Shown: positions 45,462 through 60,251, numbered from the stretch's first letter. The stretch is DNA of 64,000 bases from an uncultured Pelagibacteraceae bacterium (GCA_902555065.1 CACDQQ010000003.1:130467-194466), one strand, 5' to 3'. Numbers and translations: made by a program. Notes: generated by a model not told the origin, from the sequence alone.

Positions 45462-47866
45462 AGTTCACAATTGACTGGTTAAAAAACCATATTGATACAA
45501 AATTTAATAATAATCAAATAATAGATAAATTAACCAATATTGGTCTAGAAGTAGAAAGTTTTGAGAGTTCTACATCTGAATTAGATACTTTTATTGTTGC
45601 AAAAATTATAAATGCCAAAACCCATCCAAATGCAGACAGATTGAAGTTATGTGATGTTGATATAGGTGGTGACAAAACAATAGAAGTAGTATGTGGAGCC
45701 CCAAATGCAAAAAATGGTCTTTTGACAGTTTATGCACCTCCAGGATCGATTATTCCTAAAAATCAGATGAAATTGTCTGTAAGCAAAATAAGAGGTGTAA
45801 CATCATATGGAATGCTCTGTTCTGAATCAGAATTACTATTATCCAATGAAAGCGACGGAATAATAGATTTAAAAAATAATAAATATGAAAATAAAATTGG
45901 AGAAAAATATTTTAAAAACACTTCTGAAAAAGTAATAGATTTGTCAATTACGCCCAATAGACCAGATTGTTTAGGGGTAAGAGGAATTGCTAGAGATTTA
46001 TCCGCTGCTGGTGCTGGTAAATTAAAAATTAATAAAAAATCCAATTTAAAATATAGAGGTAATCAAAATATAAATGTAACTATAAAAAAAGAAAAAGTTC
46101 AAGGATGTACAACATTTGGAAGTTGTTTAATAAAAGGTGTAACAAATACAGAGAGTCCAAAATGGCTAAAAGATAAAATTATGTCTTTAGGCCAAAAACC
46201 AATATCTGCGATAGTTGATATTACTAACTATGTGATGTTTGATCTAAATAGACCATTACACGCTTATGATGCAGATAAAATAGATAATGAAATAATTGTT
46301 AGAAGTTCTTCTAAAGGAGAAAGCTTCGAAGCTTTGGATAACAAAAAATATATTTTAGAAAATGATATGTGTGTTATTTCTGACAGATCTGGAGTCCTTG
46401 GACTTGGCGGCATAATTGGTGGGACAAGATCTGGAACAGAATATTCAACTAAAAACATATTATTAGAATCTGCTTATTTTTTACCACGTTCAATAAGGAA
46501 AACTTCTAAACATTTAAATATAGATACAGATGCAAAATTTAGATTTGAAAGAGGCATAGATCCCCTTTCAATTGAAGAAGGATTAATAAAAGCATCTGAG
46601 CTAATAAAACAAATTTGTGGAGGCGAAATAAGTAACTTAGATGTAAAAAAAATTGAAAATTATAAAAAAACAATAATTAATTTTGACCCATTTCTTTTTG
46701 AAAAAACAACCGGATTTAATGTTGAAAATAAAGAATTAATTAAAATACTTGAAAAGCTAGGTTTTAATGTATCTAAGAATAAAAAAATTTTAAAGTTAGT
46801 AGTACCTTCTTGGAGACCAGACATAACTCAATCAATTGATATTGTTGAAGAAATAGTAAGAATAAAAGGCTACGAACATATTAATACTTCAGAACCTGTT
46901 AAGACAAGATTAAAACCTACACTTAATTATTATCAAAAATTATTTCATTTTTTACAAAGATCTGTGGCATCAAAAGGTTATTTAGAAACTGTGACTTGGT
47001 CGTTTACAGACTCTAAAATTAATCAATTATTTAAAGAAAATGATGAAGAGATACCAATTGTAAATCCGATTAGTTCAGATCTAAATGTTCTAAGAAATTC
47101 TATTTTCCCAAATTTGATATTTTATTTAAAGAAAAACTTAGATAGAGGATTTAAGGATATTTCTTTTTTTGAAATTGGTCCGGCGTTTAAAGGAAAAAAC
47201 CCTGGAGATCAACTGACTGTTATAGGTGCTGTGAAGGCAGGTAAGGTTTCAAGATTATCTTGGAATGATAAAGAAAGAATTGTAGATACATTCGATGTAA
47301 AAAAAGATGTAATACAAAGTCTTTACGAAGCAGGGATTAATAAAGATGATATTATTATAGATGATAGAACTCCTTCTTACTATCACCCAGGAAAATCTGG
47401 AGCAGTATACCAAAATAAAAAAGAAAAAAATGCCGTAGCATACTTTGGTGAAATACATCCAAATATAAAAAAAAAATTAGATATAAAAACTGAAGGTTTG
47501 GTAATATTTGAAATTTGTCTTGATTATATAGAAGAATTAAAACAAAAGATAAAAGATTCGAAATCTGAATATAAATATTCTGATTACCAAAAATCAGAGA
47601 GGGATTTTGCATTTATTATTAATAATAATTTTAAATCTCAAGAATTGGTTAATATAATTATGTCTGTTGATAACAAATTAATTAAGTCAGTAAGAGTATT
47701 TGATGTATTTGAGGGAGAAAATATCCCAGAGGGAAAAAAATCTATAGCAGTCAATGTCACTATTCAGTCAGAAGAAAAAACATTAAATGAAAATGACCTG
47801 GACAACATTAATAAACTAATTATCTCTTCAGTTGAGTCAAAGTCTGGCGCAAAAATTAGATCCTAA
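45458..47866 (+). CDS. pheT: Phenylalanine-tRNA ligase beta subunit
   Basis: [38 protein letters not shown]. Confidence 0.98.
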   Translation: MKFTIDWLKNHIDTKFNNNQIIDKLTNIGLEVESFESSTSELDTFIVAKIINAKTHPNADRLKLCDVDIGGDKTIEVVCGAPNAKNGLLTVYAPPGSIIPKNQMKLSVSKIRGVTSYGMLCSESELLLSNESDGIIDLKNNKYENKIGEKYFKNTSEKVIDLSITPNRPDCLGVRGIARDLSAAGAGKLKINKKSNLKYRGNQNINVTIKKEKVQGCTTFGSCLIKGVTNTESPKWLKDKIMSLGQKPISAIVDITNYVMFDLNRPLHAYDADKIDNEIIVRSSSKGESFEALDNKKYILENDMCVISDRSGVLGLGGIIGGTRSGTEYSTKNILLESAYFLPRSIRKTSKHLNIDTDAKFRFERGIDPLSIEEGLIKASELIKQICGGEISNLDVKKIENYKKTIINFDPFLFEKTTGFNVENKELIKILEKLGFNVSKNKKILKLVVPSWRPDITQSIDIVEEIVRIKGYEHINTSEPVKTRLKPTLNYYQKLFHFLQRSVASKGYLETVTWSFTDSKINQLFKENDEEIPIVNPISSDLNVLRNSIFPNLIFYLKKNLDRGFKDISFFEIGPAFKGKNPGDQLTVIGAVKAGKVSRLSWNDKERIVDTFDVKKDVIQSLYEAGINKDDIIIDDRTPSYYHPGKSGAVYQNKKEKNAVAYFGEIHPNIKKKLDIKTEGLVIFEICLDYIEELKQKIKDSKSEYKYSDYQKSERDFAFIINNNFKSQELVNIIMSVDNKLIKSVRVFDVFEGENIPEGKKSIAVNVTIQSEEKTLNENDLDNINKLIISSVESKSGAKIRS

Positions 47867-47868
47867 AA

Positions 47869-49680
47869 ATGGTTGATAAAATAGATAATATTAGGAATTT
47901 TGCAATTATAGCTCATATAGATCATGGTAAATCAACCATAGCAGATAGAATAATTCATAAATGTGGAGGTTTGAGTGACAGAGAAATGAAATCTCAAGTG
48001 CTTGACTCTATGGATATAGAAAGAGAAAGAGGGATAACAATTAAAGCACAAACAGTTAAATTAAATTATAAAGCTAAAAATGGTAAAAATTATATTTTAA
48101 ATATTATAGATACCCCAGGACATGTAGATTTTAGTTATGAAGTTAGTAGAAGCCTTTATGCGTGCGAAGGTTCAATATTAATTGTAGATAGCACTCAAGG
48201 GGTTGAAGCTCAAACACTCGCAAATGTATACCAAGCACTTGATATAAATCATGAGATTATTCCAGTATTAAATAAAATTGATCTACCGGCATCTGATCTT
48301 GAGAGAACGAATAATCAAATCGAAGATGTTATTGGTATAGATACATCTAATTCCGTTCCTTGCTCTGGAAAAACTGGACAAGGAATAGATGAAATTCTTG
48401 AGCAAATTATTAACTCTTTGCCTGGACCAAAAGGTGAAAAAAATAGCAAATTAAAATGTTTATTGGTTGATAGCTGGTATGACACTTATCTTGGAGTAGT
48501 TATATTAGTGAGAATTATAGATGGAAAACTAAAAAAAAACATGAAAATAAAAATGATGTCTACAAATCAAGAATATATTGTAGAAAAAGTTGGTGTTTTT
48601 ACCCCTAAGGCAAAAGATGTGAGTGAACTTAACGCTGGAGAAATAGGTTTTATTACTACTGGTATTAAAATTTTATCAGAAACTAAAGTTGGAGACACTA
48701 TATGCGATGCAGAGAATCCCCTCAACGATGCATTACCAGGTTTCAAACCAAGTAAACCAGTAGTTTTTTGTGGTTTATTTCCTGTAGACAGTTCAGAATA
48801 TCAGAAGTTAAAAGATGGACTTGCTAAATTACAATTAAATGATGCGAGTTTTTCTTTTGAAGCAGAATCATCTTCCGCCTTAGGACTTGGTTTTAGATGT
48901 GGATTTTTAGGTCTCTTACACCTTGAAATAATAACAGAAAGGCTTGAAAGAGAATTTGATATTAATTTATTAACTACTACACCTGGTGTTGTTTATAAAG
49001 TTCATTTAAATAATGACGAAATTGTCGAACTTCAAAATCCCTCTAATTTACCAGATCCTACCTATATAAAATTTATTGAAGAACCATGGATTAAAGCTAC
49101 AATTATCACTCCAGATCAGTATTTGGGATCAATTATTAAGTTATGTCAAAATAAAAGAGGTATACAAACTAATTTAAGCTATTCAGGAAATCGTGCTGTA
49201 ATTAATTATGAGATACCTTTAAATGAGGTAGTATTTGATTTTAATGATCGTCTTAAATCTATGACAAGTGGATATGCTAGTTTTGATTATGAAATTATTG
49301 ATCATAAAGAAGGAGATCTAGTAAAAATGAATATACTTGTAAACTCAGAACCTGTTGATGCACTTGCAATGATGATACATAAAGATTTTGCTCAAACTAC
49401 TGGTAGAGAAGTATGTGAAAAATTAAAAAATTTAATTCCAAGGCACAACTTTATGATACCGATCCAAGCAGCTATTGGTGGTAAAATTATTGCTAGAGAA
49501 ACTATCAAAGGGTTTAAAAAAGATGTATTAACAAAAATTCATGGAGGAGGAGCGACAGATAGAAAAAGAAAACTGCTTGAAAAGCAGAAAAAAGGTAAAG
49601 CTAGAGCCAAGCAATTTGGAAAAGTTGAGATTCCTCAAGAAGCATTCATTGGTGTTTTAAAAATTAATAAAGATGCATGA
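47869..49680 (+). CDS. lepA: Elongation factor 4
   Basis: [39 protein letters not shown]. Confidence 0.97.
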   Translation: MVDKIDNIRNFAIIAHIDHGKSTIADRIIHKCGGLSDREMKSQVLDSMDIERERGITIKAQTVKLNYKAKNGKNYILNIIDTPGHVDFSYEVSRSLYACEGSILIVDSTQGVEAQTLANVYQALDINHEIIPVLNKIDLPASDLERTNNQIEDVIGIDTSNSVPCSGKTGQGIDEILEQIINSLPGPKGEKNSKLKCLLVDSWYDTYLGVVILVRIIDGKLKKNMKIKMMSTNQEYIVEKVGVFTPKAKDVSELNAGEIGFITTGIKILSETKVGDTICDAENPLNDALPGFKPSKPVVFCGLFPVDSSEYQKLKDGLAKLQLNDASFSFEAESSSALGLGFRCGFLGLLHLEIITERLEREFDINLLTTTPGVVYKVHLNNDEIVELQNPSNLPDPTYIKFIEEPWIKATIITPDQYLGSIIKLCQNKRGIQTNLSYSGNRAVINYEIPLNEVVFDFNDRLKSMTSGYASFDYEIIDHKEGDLVKMNILVNSEPVDALAMMIHKDFAQTTGREVCEKLKNLIPRHNFMIPIQAAIGGKIIARETIKGFKKDVLTKIHGGGATDRKRKLLEKQKKGKARAKQFGKVEIPQEAFIGVLKINKDA

Positions 49681-50582
49681 CAAAAATATTTTCAGATTTA
49701 TCAATAATTATTCCAACATTTTACCCTGGTGAGATAATTAATAATTGTATTGATTCACTTCCACAAGAATCAGATATAATAATAGTTGATAATGGAGATG
49801 ATCCAGAATTAGAAAATATTTTAAAAAATAAATACCCTAGAATAAGACATTATAAAATCGGAGACATAGGTTTACCCAAATCATTTAATTTTGCTGTAAA
49901 AAAATCAAAAAATGAAAATATTTTAATAACACAACCAGACGTGACTTTTGAGAAAGACACAATCAGCAACTTGATTAGTGCTTCAATTAAATATCCTGAT
50001 GCAGGTATAATAGCTCCCATAATATTTGAGGATAAAAAATATAGTCTTTATGATACTTTGAACTTAAATCTTAGTAAAACTGGAGAACTTCAGGTTAAAA
50101 AAATTTCCAAATCTATCAATATAATGCCTAGCGGAGATTTTTGCGCACAAGCAGTTAATGCAACCGCAATGTTAATAAAAAAAAACATAATTAAAAAAGT
50201 GAATGGCTGGGATGAAAATATTTATACATATTTAGAAGATATTGATCTCTGCATAAAAATGCGAAAAAATAATTTTCAAATTATTAAAATTCCAAAAGCA
50301 ACAGTAAATCATATAGGTTTTGGTTCACATAAAAAAGAAAACGCTCAAAAGGCAGAATTATCTAGAAATTGGCATTTTTGTTGGTCATCTTTATATTTTA
50401 GGGATAAGTATACAAAAAAATCTGAATTTATATTATTTTTTATATCCAACTTTACTAAGTATTTTTCTAAAGTATTTGTAAACTTAATATTATTTAATAA
50501 AAAAAAAATTAAAATCAATTTCATAAGGTTGAGAGCATGCTTAAACTACATAACTCAAAAAAAATCATCTTATAGATTTTAA
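49677..50582 (+). CDS. Glycosyltransferase family 2
   Basis: [35 protein letters not shown]. Confidence 0.87.
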   Translation: MTKIFSDLSIIIPTFYPGEIINNCIDSLPQESDIIIVDNGDDPELENILKNKYPRIRHYKIGDIGLPKSFNFAVKKSKNENILITQPDVTFEKDTISNLISASIKYPDAGIIAPIIFEDKKYSLYDTLNLNLSKTGELQVKKISKSINIMPSGDFCAQAVNATAMLIKKNIIKKVNGWDENIYTYLEDIDLCIKMRKNNFQIIKIPKATVNHIGFGSHKKENAQKAELSRNWHFCWSSLYFRDKYTKKSEFILFFISNFTKYFSKVFVNLILFNKKKIKINFIRLRACLNYITQKKSSYRF

Positions 50583-50587
50583 AATTT

Positions 50588-51364
50588 ATGAACATTAAAG
50601 AAAAATTCTTTGATTTATTTGGAATGTATATTGAAAAAAAAACACATAAGAATGATGTATCTAAAATTCTAAAGAAACTTTTACCTTATGAAACTGGAAT
50701 AAAATTAATAAGATTAGGCGAAGATAGTGATGGTGGTTATTTAATTCCAAATGATTTAGAAGATATAGATAAAAATTATTCAGCAGGAGTTGGCTCATTA
50801 ACAAAATTTGAAAATGATTTACAAAATAATCATAAAATCAATTCTAAAATGCTTGATTTTAACAATATACATCATGATATTTTACCAAAAAATAGTGAAT
50901 TTTTAAAAAAAAAACTTTCTTTAGTTTCAAATGAAAATCAAATTACTATTAATGATTGGATTGATGATGAAGATAAGGAAATAATTTTAAAAATTGATAT
51001 AGAAGGAGATGAATATATAAATTTAGCTTCAATAACAAATGAAAGATTATTAAAAGTTAGAATATTGATTGTTGAGTTTCATGATTTAAGAAATTTGAAA
51101 AACTTAATTTTTTTAAGAAATTTTGATATAATTATTTCTAAACTGAATCATTTTTTTTATCCTTGTCATCTTCATATAAATAATATGAGTAAAGTAAAAA
51201 ATATTGCAGGTTTTAAAGTACCAGACATGCTTGAAATTACTTTTATTAGAAAAGATAGAATTAAAGATTTTGATTTAAAGTATTCTAAATTACCAAATAA
51301 ATTGGATAAGAAAACAGTAAAGGATAAAGAGGAAATAATTCTGGATAGAAGTTGGTATTTATAG
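50588..51364 (+). CDS. FkbM-like methyltransferase
   Basis: RLGEDSDGGY, SAGVG, LKIDIEGDEY, VEFH, HLHINN, LEITF. Confidence 0.72.
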   Translation: MNIKEKFFDLFGMYIEKKTHKNDVSKILKKLLPYETGIKLIRLGEDSDGGYLIPNDLEDIDKNYSAGVGSLTKFENDLQNNHKINSKMLDFNNIHHDILPKNSEFLKKKLSLVSNENQITINDWIDDEDKEIILKIDIEGDEYINLASITNERLLKVRILIVEFHDLRNLKNLIFLRNFDIIISKLNHFFYPCHLHINNMSKVKNIAGFKVPDMLEITFIRKDRIKDFDLKYSKLPNKLDKKTVKDKEEIILDRSWYL

Positions 51365-51408
51365 AATTATTAAATTTAAAATGTTTACTTTTTTTTTAAA
51401 ATAATTTA

Positions 51409-51498
51409 GGAGAGGTGGCCGAGTGGTTGAAGGCGCACGCTTGGAAAGCGTGTATAGGGGAAACTCTATCATGGGTTCGAATCCCATTCTCTCCGCCA
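51409..51498 (+). tRNA. tRNA-Ser(GGA)
   Basis: GGAGAGG acceptor stem, CACGC-TT-GGA-AA-GCGTG anticodon arm, long variable arm, GGTTCGAATCC, CCA. Confidence 0.96.
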
Positions 51499-51662
51499 TA
51501 TTTTTGTTAGAAAATTGATATTTTTAACGGGTTTTACTGAAATAGAAAAAAAATCTAAAAAACATCAAATAAATGTTGGTATTCAACACTTATTTAAGCA
51601 TTTGCACTTCTACCATTTTTAAATTTTTTGTAAAAATGTTATAAAAATTTCTTCCATATTAA

Positions 51663-53726
<2,064 letters not shown>

Positions 53727-55007
53727 ATGGATTTAAAACAATCTGTCAAAGCAGCATCATTGAATAAGTCTACTTATATAAATTTAAGATGGATTGGAAT
53801 TTTAGGTCAGTTTATAACTATAAACACAGTAAAGTTTATTTTTGGTTTTGAATTCGACTTTATTTTATCTAATCTAATAATTTTTATTGGAGCTTTAAGT
53901 AACTTCTACTTAATGTTTTTTTATAAAAAACCAATACTTTCAAATGTAACTTCTTTTAATTTTTTATCTTTAGATATCCTTCAATTGAGTGTTTTAATTT
54001 ACTTATCTGGAGGTATTTTAAATCCTTTTTCAATATTTCTTTTGATACCGAGCGTATTTGCTGCATCCAATTTAAATATCAGAACAAATATTGCTTTAAT
54101 TTTAATTACTCTAGCAGCGATTATATTTTTAACTTTCTATCACTATGAACTACCTAAACCATTAGATGAATATAGTATTAGCTTGTATTATTACTATGCA
54201 ATTCCTCTTGCATTGATAATTGCATTATTTTTTTTGAACTATTTTGCATTTATTTTTGGGCAAGAAACAAACCTTAGAAAAGATGCTTTGGATAAAATCC
54301 AAGAAGTAATTTCAAAAGAGCACGAACTCGTTTCACTTGGGGGACAAGCCGCAGCTGCAGCTCATTCATTTGGTACACCTTTGTCTACCATTAAAATTAT
54401 TTCTCACGATCTCTTTGATCAATTTAAAGAAAATGATGATGTAAAAAAAGATCTCGAACTATTAATCAGTCAAGTTAACAGGTGTAATGACATTTTAAAA
54501 AAACTAACATTAAATCCTACAATAGAAGATGATTTTATTGACAAAAATAAAACGCTTTACGATTATATTAGTGAAATAGTTAACTCATTTAAGGAAATTT
54601 CAAATAAGAATTTCAATATTGATAAAGAACAAGATTCCAACTCATTTGAAATATTAAAATCTGTTGAAATTGTTTATGGTTTGAGGAATTTCATTGGAAA
54701 CGCTAACAAATTTTCAAATGAAAATATCTATATTGCTATTAAAAGCGACAGTCAAATGACTGAAATAACAATAGAGGATGATGGTCCTGGTATACCAAAA
54801 GATATACTTAACAAGATTGGAGAGCCTTATATTAAGACACTTAAACCTAAGGATAATAAAAAAACTGGATTAGGCCTAGGAATTTTTATAGGTAAAACTT
54901 TGTTAGAAAAAAATTCTGCCAAAATAACAATTAGAAATTCAGAAACTAGAGGTGGAGCTGAGGTAAAAATAGAGTGGGAAAATAAAAATTTAAAAAAATT
55001 AGTGTAA
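53727..55007 (+). CDS. regB: RegB/PrrB/ActS-family redox sensor histidine kinase
   Basis: LRW, GGILNPF quinone-binding motif, AAAAAH..GTPL H-box, redox Cys in RCNDIL, DDGPG, GLGLG. Confidence 0.9.
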   Translation: MDLKQSVKAASLNKSTYINLRWIGILGQFITINTVKFIFGFEFDFILSNLIIFIGALSNFYLMFFYKKPILSNVTSFNFLSLDILQLSVLIYLSGGILNPFSIFLLIPSVFAASNLNIRTNIALILITLAAIIFLTFYHYELPKPLDEYSISLYYYYAIPLALIIALFFLNYFAFIFGQETNLRKDALDKIQEVISKEHELVSLGGQAAAAAHSFGTPLSTIKIISHDLFDQFKENDDVKKDLELLISQVNRCNDILKKLTLNPTIEDDFIDKNKTLYDYISEIVNSFKEISNKNFNIDKEQDSNSFEILKSVEIVYGLRNFIGNANKFSNENIYIAIKSDSQMTEITIEDDGPGIPKDILNKIGEPYIKTLKPKDNKKTGLGLGIFIGKTLLEKNSAKITIRNSETRGGAEVKIEWENKNLKKLV

Positions 55008-56789
55008 TTTTTTATTATTTTCAAACAAACCACTAAGCTGACCAATCATTACATCCCCTAACTCTTGAACATCAGCTATTTTTATCGCTTTTTTGTAATA
55101 TCTCGAAACATCGTGGCCTATACCTATGGCAAGAATTTCGATATCACTTTTGTTTTCAATTGATTTTACAGTTTGCTTTAGATGTTTTTCTAAAAAATCA
55201 CCCGAATTAACAGATAATGTTGAGTCATCAACCGGAGCTCCATCTGAAATAACCATAAGAATTTTTCTTTCTTCTTTTCTTTTCTTAAGTCTGTTGAAAG
55301 CCCAAGTAATAGCTTCACCATCAATATTTTCTTTAAGCAAACCCTCTTTTAGCATTAAGCCTAAATTTTTTTTTGATTGTCTCCAGTGAGTATCAGCAGA
55401 TTTATAAATTATATGTCTTAGGTCATTTAAACGTCCTGGATTTTTTAATTTTCCAAGTTTATTCCACTTTTCTCTACTCTTGCCACCCTTCCAATTTTTT
55501 GTTGTGAAACCAAGAATTTCAACTTTGACCGAGCATCTTTCTAATGTTCTAGATAATATATCAGCACAAAGGGCTGCAATAGTAATTGGCCTTCCTCTCA
55601 TAGATCCAGAATTATCTATTAGTAAAGTCACAACTGTATCTTTAAACTCTAAATCTTTCTCTTTTTTAAAAGAAAGGGAATTATATGGATCAATTATTAT
55701 TCTTGGTAATTTTGAACTATCTAATAAACCTTCTTCAAGGTCAAATTCCCAAGATCTATTTTGTTTTGCAAGTAACTGTCTTTGTAATTTATTTGCAAGT
55801 TTCGTAATGATGTCTTGGAAACTAGTTAGCTGTTGATCTAAATTTTTTCTTAATTTTGAAATTTCTTCAGAATTTTCCAATGTTTCTGCTTTTGCTGTTT
55901 CATCAAATTCTGAAGTATATATTTTATATTCTTTATTACTTATTCCTAAATTTTTTTTCTGAACAATATTTTCTATTTCATTATTTTCAGCATCATCATT
56001 TCCTAGTTGTTCATCAAGTCTAAATTCATTCATTTCATCTGAACTATCAACTCCTTCATTGATACTGTCTTCCTCTTCTCTTTCCTGGGATTCTCCACTA
56101 TCTGTTTTTTGATCATCTTTTGAATTATTGTTATCTTGCTCATCTTCTTTCTGTTCTTCCCTTTTGTTTTCTTCTTCGGATTCGAAGATTTCCATATTCT
56201 GAAGAATTTCTGATATTTTAGAATTGTATATGTCCTGATTCTCTGCATTTTCTTTTAAAAAGTCTATATGTTTATCTAAAGATTTTTCAAAATCATCTTT
56301 CCAGTATGATAAAATTTTTTTAGCGCTTTCAGTTAAATTTACGTTCATTATTTTATTAAGCATGTAATATTCAAAAGCCTCGGAAACATTAGATTCCTCT
56401 TTCTTTTTTATATTTTCAGATTTTGCCATACCAATCTTATTGTTATATTTGGCCATTAAATTTTTAGAAATTCCTCTCATCATTTGTGATCCTAAAAGTT
56501 CATATCTTATTTTTTCAGAAATTTTATACAGCGTATGGCAAGTAGGTGTTTTTGGAATATTTTGTTCCAATGTAGAATTATCAGAAAATTTTCTTTTTAA
56601 TGCCTCCGAATCTGCCTCAGCTCTTAATTTTATAAAGTTTTCTTTATCTTTTAAATTATCAAATTTAGAAATATTAAATTCTTTTAAATTTTTTTTGTCT
56701 TTTAATGGATATGTTTCGCCTGAAATGGCTTTAATCGTTGAGTTTAAAGCCTGTTTAAATTGCTCTTTTATAAGATCATCTTTGTTCAT
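54999..56789 (-). CDS. cobT: CobT-family vWA-domain protein
   Basis: Acidic linker, [46 protein letters not shown]. The ATG at 56789 is preferred. Confidence 0.93.
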   Translation of the reverse strand: MNKDDLIKEQFKQALNSTIKAISGETYPLKDKKNLKEFNISKFDNLKDKENFIKLRAEADSEALKRKFSDNSTLEQNIPKTPTCHTLYKISEKIRYELLGSQMMRGISKNLMAKYNNKIGMAKSENIKKKEESNVSEAFEYYMLNKIMNVNLTESAKKILSYWKDDFEKSLDKHIDFLKENAENQDIYNSKISEILQNMEIFESEEENKREEQKEDEQDNNNSKDDQKTDSGESQEREEEDSINEGVDSSDEMNEFRLDEQLGNDDAENNEIENIVQKKNLGISNKEYKIYTSEFDETAKAETLENSEEISKLRKNLDQQLTSFQDIITKLANKLQRQLLAKQNRSWEFDLEEGLLDSSKLPRIIIDPYNSLSFKKEKDLEFKDTVVTLLIDNSGSMRGRPITIAALCADILSRTLERCSVKVEILGFTTKNWKGGKSREKWNKLGKLKNPGRLNDLRHIIYKSADTHWRQSKKNLGLMLKEGLLKENIDGEAITWAFNRLKKRKEERKILMVISDGAPVDDSTLSVNSGDFLEKHLKQTVKSIENKSDIEILAIGIGHDVSRYYKKAIKIADVQELGDVMIGQLSGLFENNKKLH

Positions 56790-57763
56790 TAAACTTGAAT
56801 ATTTATCATCGACTCTGGCAGTTCTTCTCCAAAACATCTTTGATAATATTCAGCGATTGTATTCTTTTCTACGTCATCACATTTATTTAAAAAAGTTACT
56901 CTGAACGCATAACCCACATCTTTAAATATTTCTGAATTTTCTGCCCAATGTAGTACCGTCCTAGGACTCATAACAGTTGAAATATCTCCAGCCATAAATC
57001 CTTTTCTAGTAAGTGTCGCAACTTTTATCATGTTTGCAACTTTCTCTTTACCTTTATTATTATCTAAAGATTTATTTTTTCCTAAAATAATTTCCATTTC
57101 TTTTTCCAAAGCTAAATAATTTAATGTTGTTACGATATTCCATCTATCCATTTGTCCCTGGTTTATTTGTTGTGTTCCATGATAGAGTCCAGTTGTGTCT
57201 CCTAAACCAACAGTATTTGAGGTTGCAAATAATCTGAAATATTTATTTTGTTTAATGACCTTATTCTTATCTAATAAAGTAAAATTTCCTTCAGCTTCCA
57301 AAACTCTTTGAATTACAAACATCACATCTGGTCTACCAGCATCATATTCATCAAATACTAAAGCTACTGGATTTTGTATCGACCAAGGAAGAATTCCCTC
57401 CTTGAATTCTGTCACTTGTTTTCCATCTTTGATTACAATTGAGTCTTTACCAATTAAATCTATTCTACTAACATGACTATCTAAGTTAATTCTGATACAT
57501 GGCCAATTCAATCTGGCTGCAATTTGTTCTATATGTGTGGATTTACCTGTTCCATGATAACCTTGAACTAAGACTCTTTTATTAAATGAAAATCCAGAGA
57601 GGATTGCTAAAGTTGTATCTTTATCAAATTTATAAGTTTTATCTATATCTGGTACATAATCAGTTTTTTTTGAAAATGCATCCACCTCTATATCTGAATC
57701 TATACCGAATGTTTGTTTAATCGATAATTTAATATCTGGGGTCTGTTCAATATTTGTTGTCAA
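56789..57763 (-). CDS. cobS: CobS-family MoxR-like AAA+ ATPase
   Basis: [49 protein letters not shown]. Confidence 0.95.
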   Translation of the reverse strand: MTTNIEQTPDIKLSIKQTFGIDSDIEVDAFSKKTDYVPDIDKTYKFDKDTTLAILSGFSFNKRVLVQGYHGTGKSTHIEQIAARLNWPCIRINLDSHVSRIDLIGKDSIVIKDGKQVTEFKEGILPWSIQNPVALVFDEYDAGRPDVMFVIQRVLEAEGNFTLLDKNKVIKQNKYFRLFATSNTVGLGDTTGLYHGTQQINQGQMDRWNIVTTLNYLALEKEMEIILGKNKSLDNNKGKEKVANMIKVATLTRKGFMAGDISTVMSPRTVLHWAENSEIFKDVGYAFRVTFLNKCDDVEKNTIAEYYQRCFGEELPESMINIQV

Positions 57764-58280
57764 TTTTGTCCTTATAAGTATTTTTTAATTGGGTATAAGC
57801 TAAAGTTATCACTTTAAGCTTATCTTCAAATTTTTTATTGCCAGCATTCATATCAGGGTGAAATTTTTTCACAAGTCTTTTGAATTTTTCTTGTATTTTG
57901 GCCCATTTTAAACCAACTCCAACACCCAGAATTTCAAAGGCTTTAAGATCATTACTATTAAAATTAAACTTATTCATATGATTCAAATTACTAAAATCTT
58001 TAAATTTTCCATTTTCATCTTTTAAAGTATTATTCCACAATATTTTGAAAAAATTGTCTGAAGAGCTGAAACTCTGCGTTGGCTTATGCCATGTTATGTC
58101 AGACTTTAAAAAGTTGATTACTTGTTCGTCGCTCATACCTGAAAAATAATTCCAGCTTTTATTAAACTCTCTTACATGCTCTAGACATAGAAGCCTATAT
58201 TCTTTGCTGTTATCCTTTTCTTTTGGAGCTTTGTAAAGTCCCTCCTCATTGCAATTATTCCATTCACAAATATTTTTCAT
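57747..58280 (-). CDS. J-domain protein with an N-terminal Cys/His motif
   Basis: CEWNNC...YKAP...[15 protein letters not shown] and a C-terminal J domain with HPD. The ATG at 58280 is preferred. Confidence 0.88.
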   Translation of the reverse strand: MKNICEWNNCNEEGLYKAPKEKDNSKEYRLLCLEHVREFNKSWNYFSGMSDEQVINFLKSDITWHKPTQSFSSSDNFFKILWNNTLKDENGKFKDFSNLNHMNKFNFNSNDLKAFEILGVGVGLKWAKIQEKFKRLVKKFHPDMNAGNKKFEDKLKVITLAYTQLKNTYKDKIDNKY

Positions 58281-58300
58281 ATAATATAATATCAAGTTTA

Positions 58301-58561
58301 ATGGATATTAATCAACTTTCAAAAAAAATTGAAAATAAACTTTTGAATGACAGTTCTATAAAAAATGTAAAGATAATTGATAACACTTATAAGCATTTAA
58401 AACACAATTCACATCAGAAAGGCAAATATCATATTAAATTAGAAATAAATTCTGAAATATTAAAAAAAATGAATAGAATTCAGTCTAATAAAGTAATCTA
58501 CAAAATTTTAAGCGAAGAATTGAAAACTGATATTCATTCTTTACAAATAAGCTTTACTTAA
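58301..58561 (+). CDS. bolA: BolA family protein
   Basis: IIDNTYKHLKH, MNRI...IY..L, IHSLQI. The ATG at 58301 is preferred over 58223. Confidence 0.82.
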   Translation: MDINQLSKKIENKLLNDSSIKNVKIIDNTYKHLKHNSHQKGKYHIKLEINSEILKKMNRIQSNKVIYKILSEELKTDIHSLQISFT

Positions 58562-59656
58562 TTCTTTTAATAAAAACTTGTTCAATTCACCAGATTTGGC
58601 CTGATAATTTAGGTTTAATTTTCCAAAATTCCTTATTAAAATTAAGTTTATATTGTCTGATTTATTTTTTTTGTCACTTTTCATAAAATTTAGAATTGAT
58701 GTAATTTTCCTTTTTTTAAAAAGGTCTTTATATTTATTTTTAATTTCTATCTTTCTAATATGATTGTTTATTAATTCTGAATTTGAATTTGAAATAATTT
58801 TTTTTTCTTTACTAAAATTTACAGCATTCATTAAACCAAATATAACAGCTTCTCCATGATTTAATTTTTTTGAGTAACCAAGACTAGCCTCATATGCGTG
58901 AGCAAAAGTATGGCCAAGATTTAAAGATTTTCTTAAATTTTTTTCTTTTTCATCCTTTTCAATAATTTTTTTTTTTAATAAACAGCTATTTAAAATCGCA
59001 TTAATTATAAAATTTCCTTTGAGATTTAAAATCTTATTAAAATTTTTATCTAAAAAAATAAAATTTTTTTTGCTATCAATTAAACTACTTTTTAATATTT
59101 CAGCATATCCACATATAATTTCTCTTTTGGGGAGGGTACGTAGTAAATTAATATCTGAAATTACTAAATCTGGCTGATAAAAACTTCCTATAAGATTTTT
59201 TCCAAATTTATTATTAATACCTGTTTTACCACCTATAGAAGAGTCGACTTGAGCTAATAAAGTAGAGGGTATGTTAATAAATTTTATTCCTCTTTTAAAT
59301 GTGCTGGCCGCATATCCAACCACATCTCCAGTAATTCCTCCACCAAATGAAATTATACAGTCTTCTCTATAAAAATTATTTTTAAATAAAACATTATGTA
59401 TTTTATCGATACTTAAGTTATTTTTATTTTTCTCATTTGCACTAAAATTTAAGGTATAGATTTTTTGACTTTTTAAATTTCTTAAGAGTATTGTTTTAAA
59501 TTTTTTTGGTATCTTAACGTCAATTACGATTAAACATTTTGAAAATAATATTTTATTTTTTTTTAAAATATTTCTTAATTTTGAAATTAAATTGGTACCA
59601 ATATGAACTTCGTAATTTTTGCTTTTAGTTTTAACCTTTATTATTTTTTGTTTCAT
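58541..59656 (-). CDS. aroB: 3-dehydroquinate synthase
   Basis: GGGITGD, PSTLLAQVDSSIGGKTG, KNLIGSFYQP, LNLGHTFAHA, HGEAV. Confidence 0.96.
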   Translation of the reverse strand: MKQKIIKVKTKSKNYEVHIGTNLISKLRNILKKNKILFSKCLIVIDVKIPKKFKTILLRNLKSQKIYTLNFSANEKNKNNLSIDKIHNVLFKNNFYREDCIISFGGGITGDVVGYAASTFKRGIKFINIPSTLLAQVDSSIGGKTGINNKFGKNLIGSFYQPDLVISDINLLRTLPKREIICGYAEILKSSLIDSKKNFIFLDKNFNKILNLKGNFIINAILNSCLLKKKIIEKDEKEKNLRKSLNLGHTFAHAYEASLGYSKKLNHGEAVIFGLMNAVNFSKEKKIISNSNSELINNHIRKIEIKNKYKDLFKKRKITSILNFMKSDKKNKSDNINLILIRNFGKLNLNYQAKSGELNKFLLKELSKAYL

Positions 59657-60155
59657 AATTTTTTATAATTTTATTTGCTATTTCATTTTTATTTAGCTGA
59701 TCACAATTAATTGTGAAGTCTGCCAAACTATATATTTTAGCTCTTTCATTTATTAATCTCTCTAGATCTGTTTCACTTAATTTCATAGCTAGAGGTCTTT
59801 TTTTGCTACCATTTATTCTTTTAATTATTATATCTTTTTTCCAATTCAACCAAAAACTAAAAGAACTCTTCTTACATTCTTTCCTAATATTAGTATTAAT
59901 ATATGCACCTCCACCTAGTGATAAAATTTGTTTTTCACCTTTTAAAAATGATAATGTTATTTCTTCTTCACATTCACGGAAGTATTTTTCTCCTTTTTTT
60001 TTGAAAATTTCTGCAATTTTCATTTTTTCTTTCTCTTCAATTTTATTATCTATATCAATAAATTTAAGTTTGGTTTGTTTAGAAATCAATTTTCCTATTA
60101 ATGTCTTTCCCGAGCCCATCATACCTACTAAAACTAGATTTTTATTTGATTCCAT
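59631..60155 (-). CDS. aroK: Shikimate kinase
   Basis: GMMGSGKT, GEKYFRECE, LGGG, RPL. Confidence 0.95.
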   Translation of the reverse strand: MESNKNLVLVGMMGSGKTLIGKLISKQTKLKFIDIDNKIEEKEKMKIAEIFKKKGEKYFRECEEEITLSFLKGEKQILSLGGGAYINTNIRKECKKSSFSFWLNWKKDIIIKRINGSKKRPLAMKLSETDLERLINERAKIYSLADFTINCDQLNKNEIANKIIKNYETKNNKG

Positions 60156-60251
60156 ATATTTCTAAGTTGAAATAACACAAATATGTCTTATTTTAATTTT
60201 ACAAAATTATATGCTTTTAAAACATTATACTACAAAGGAATATAACATAAT

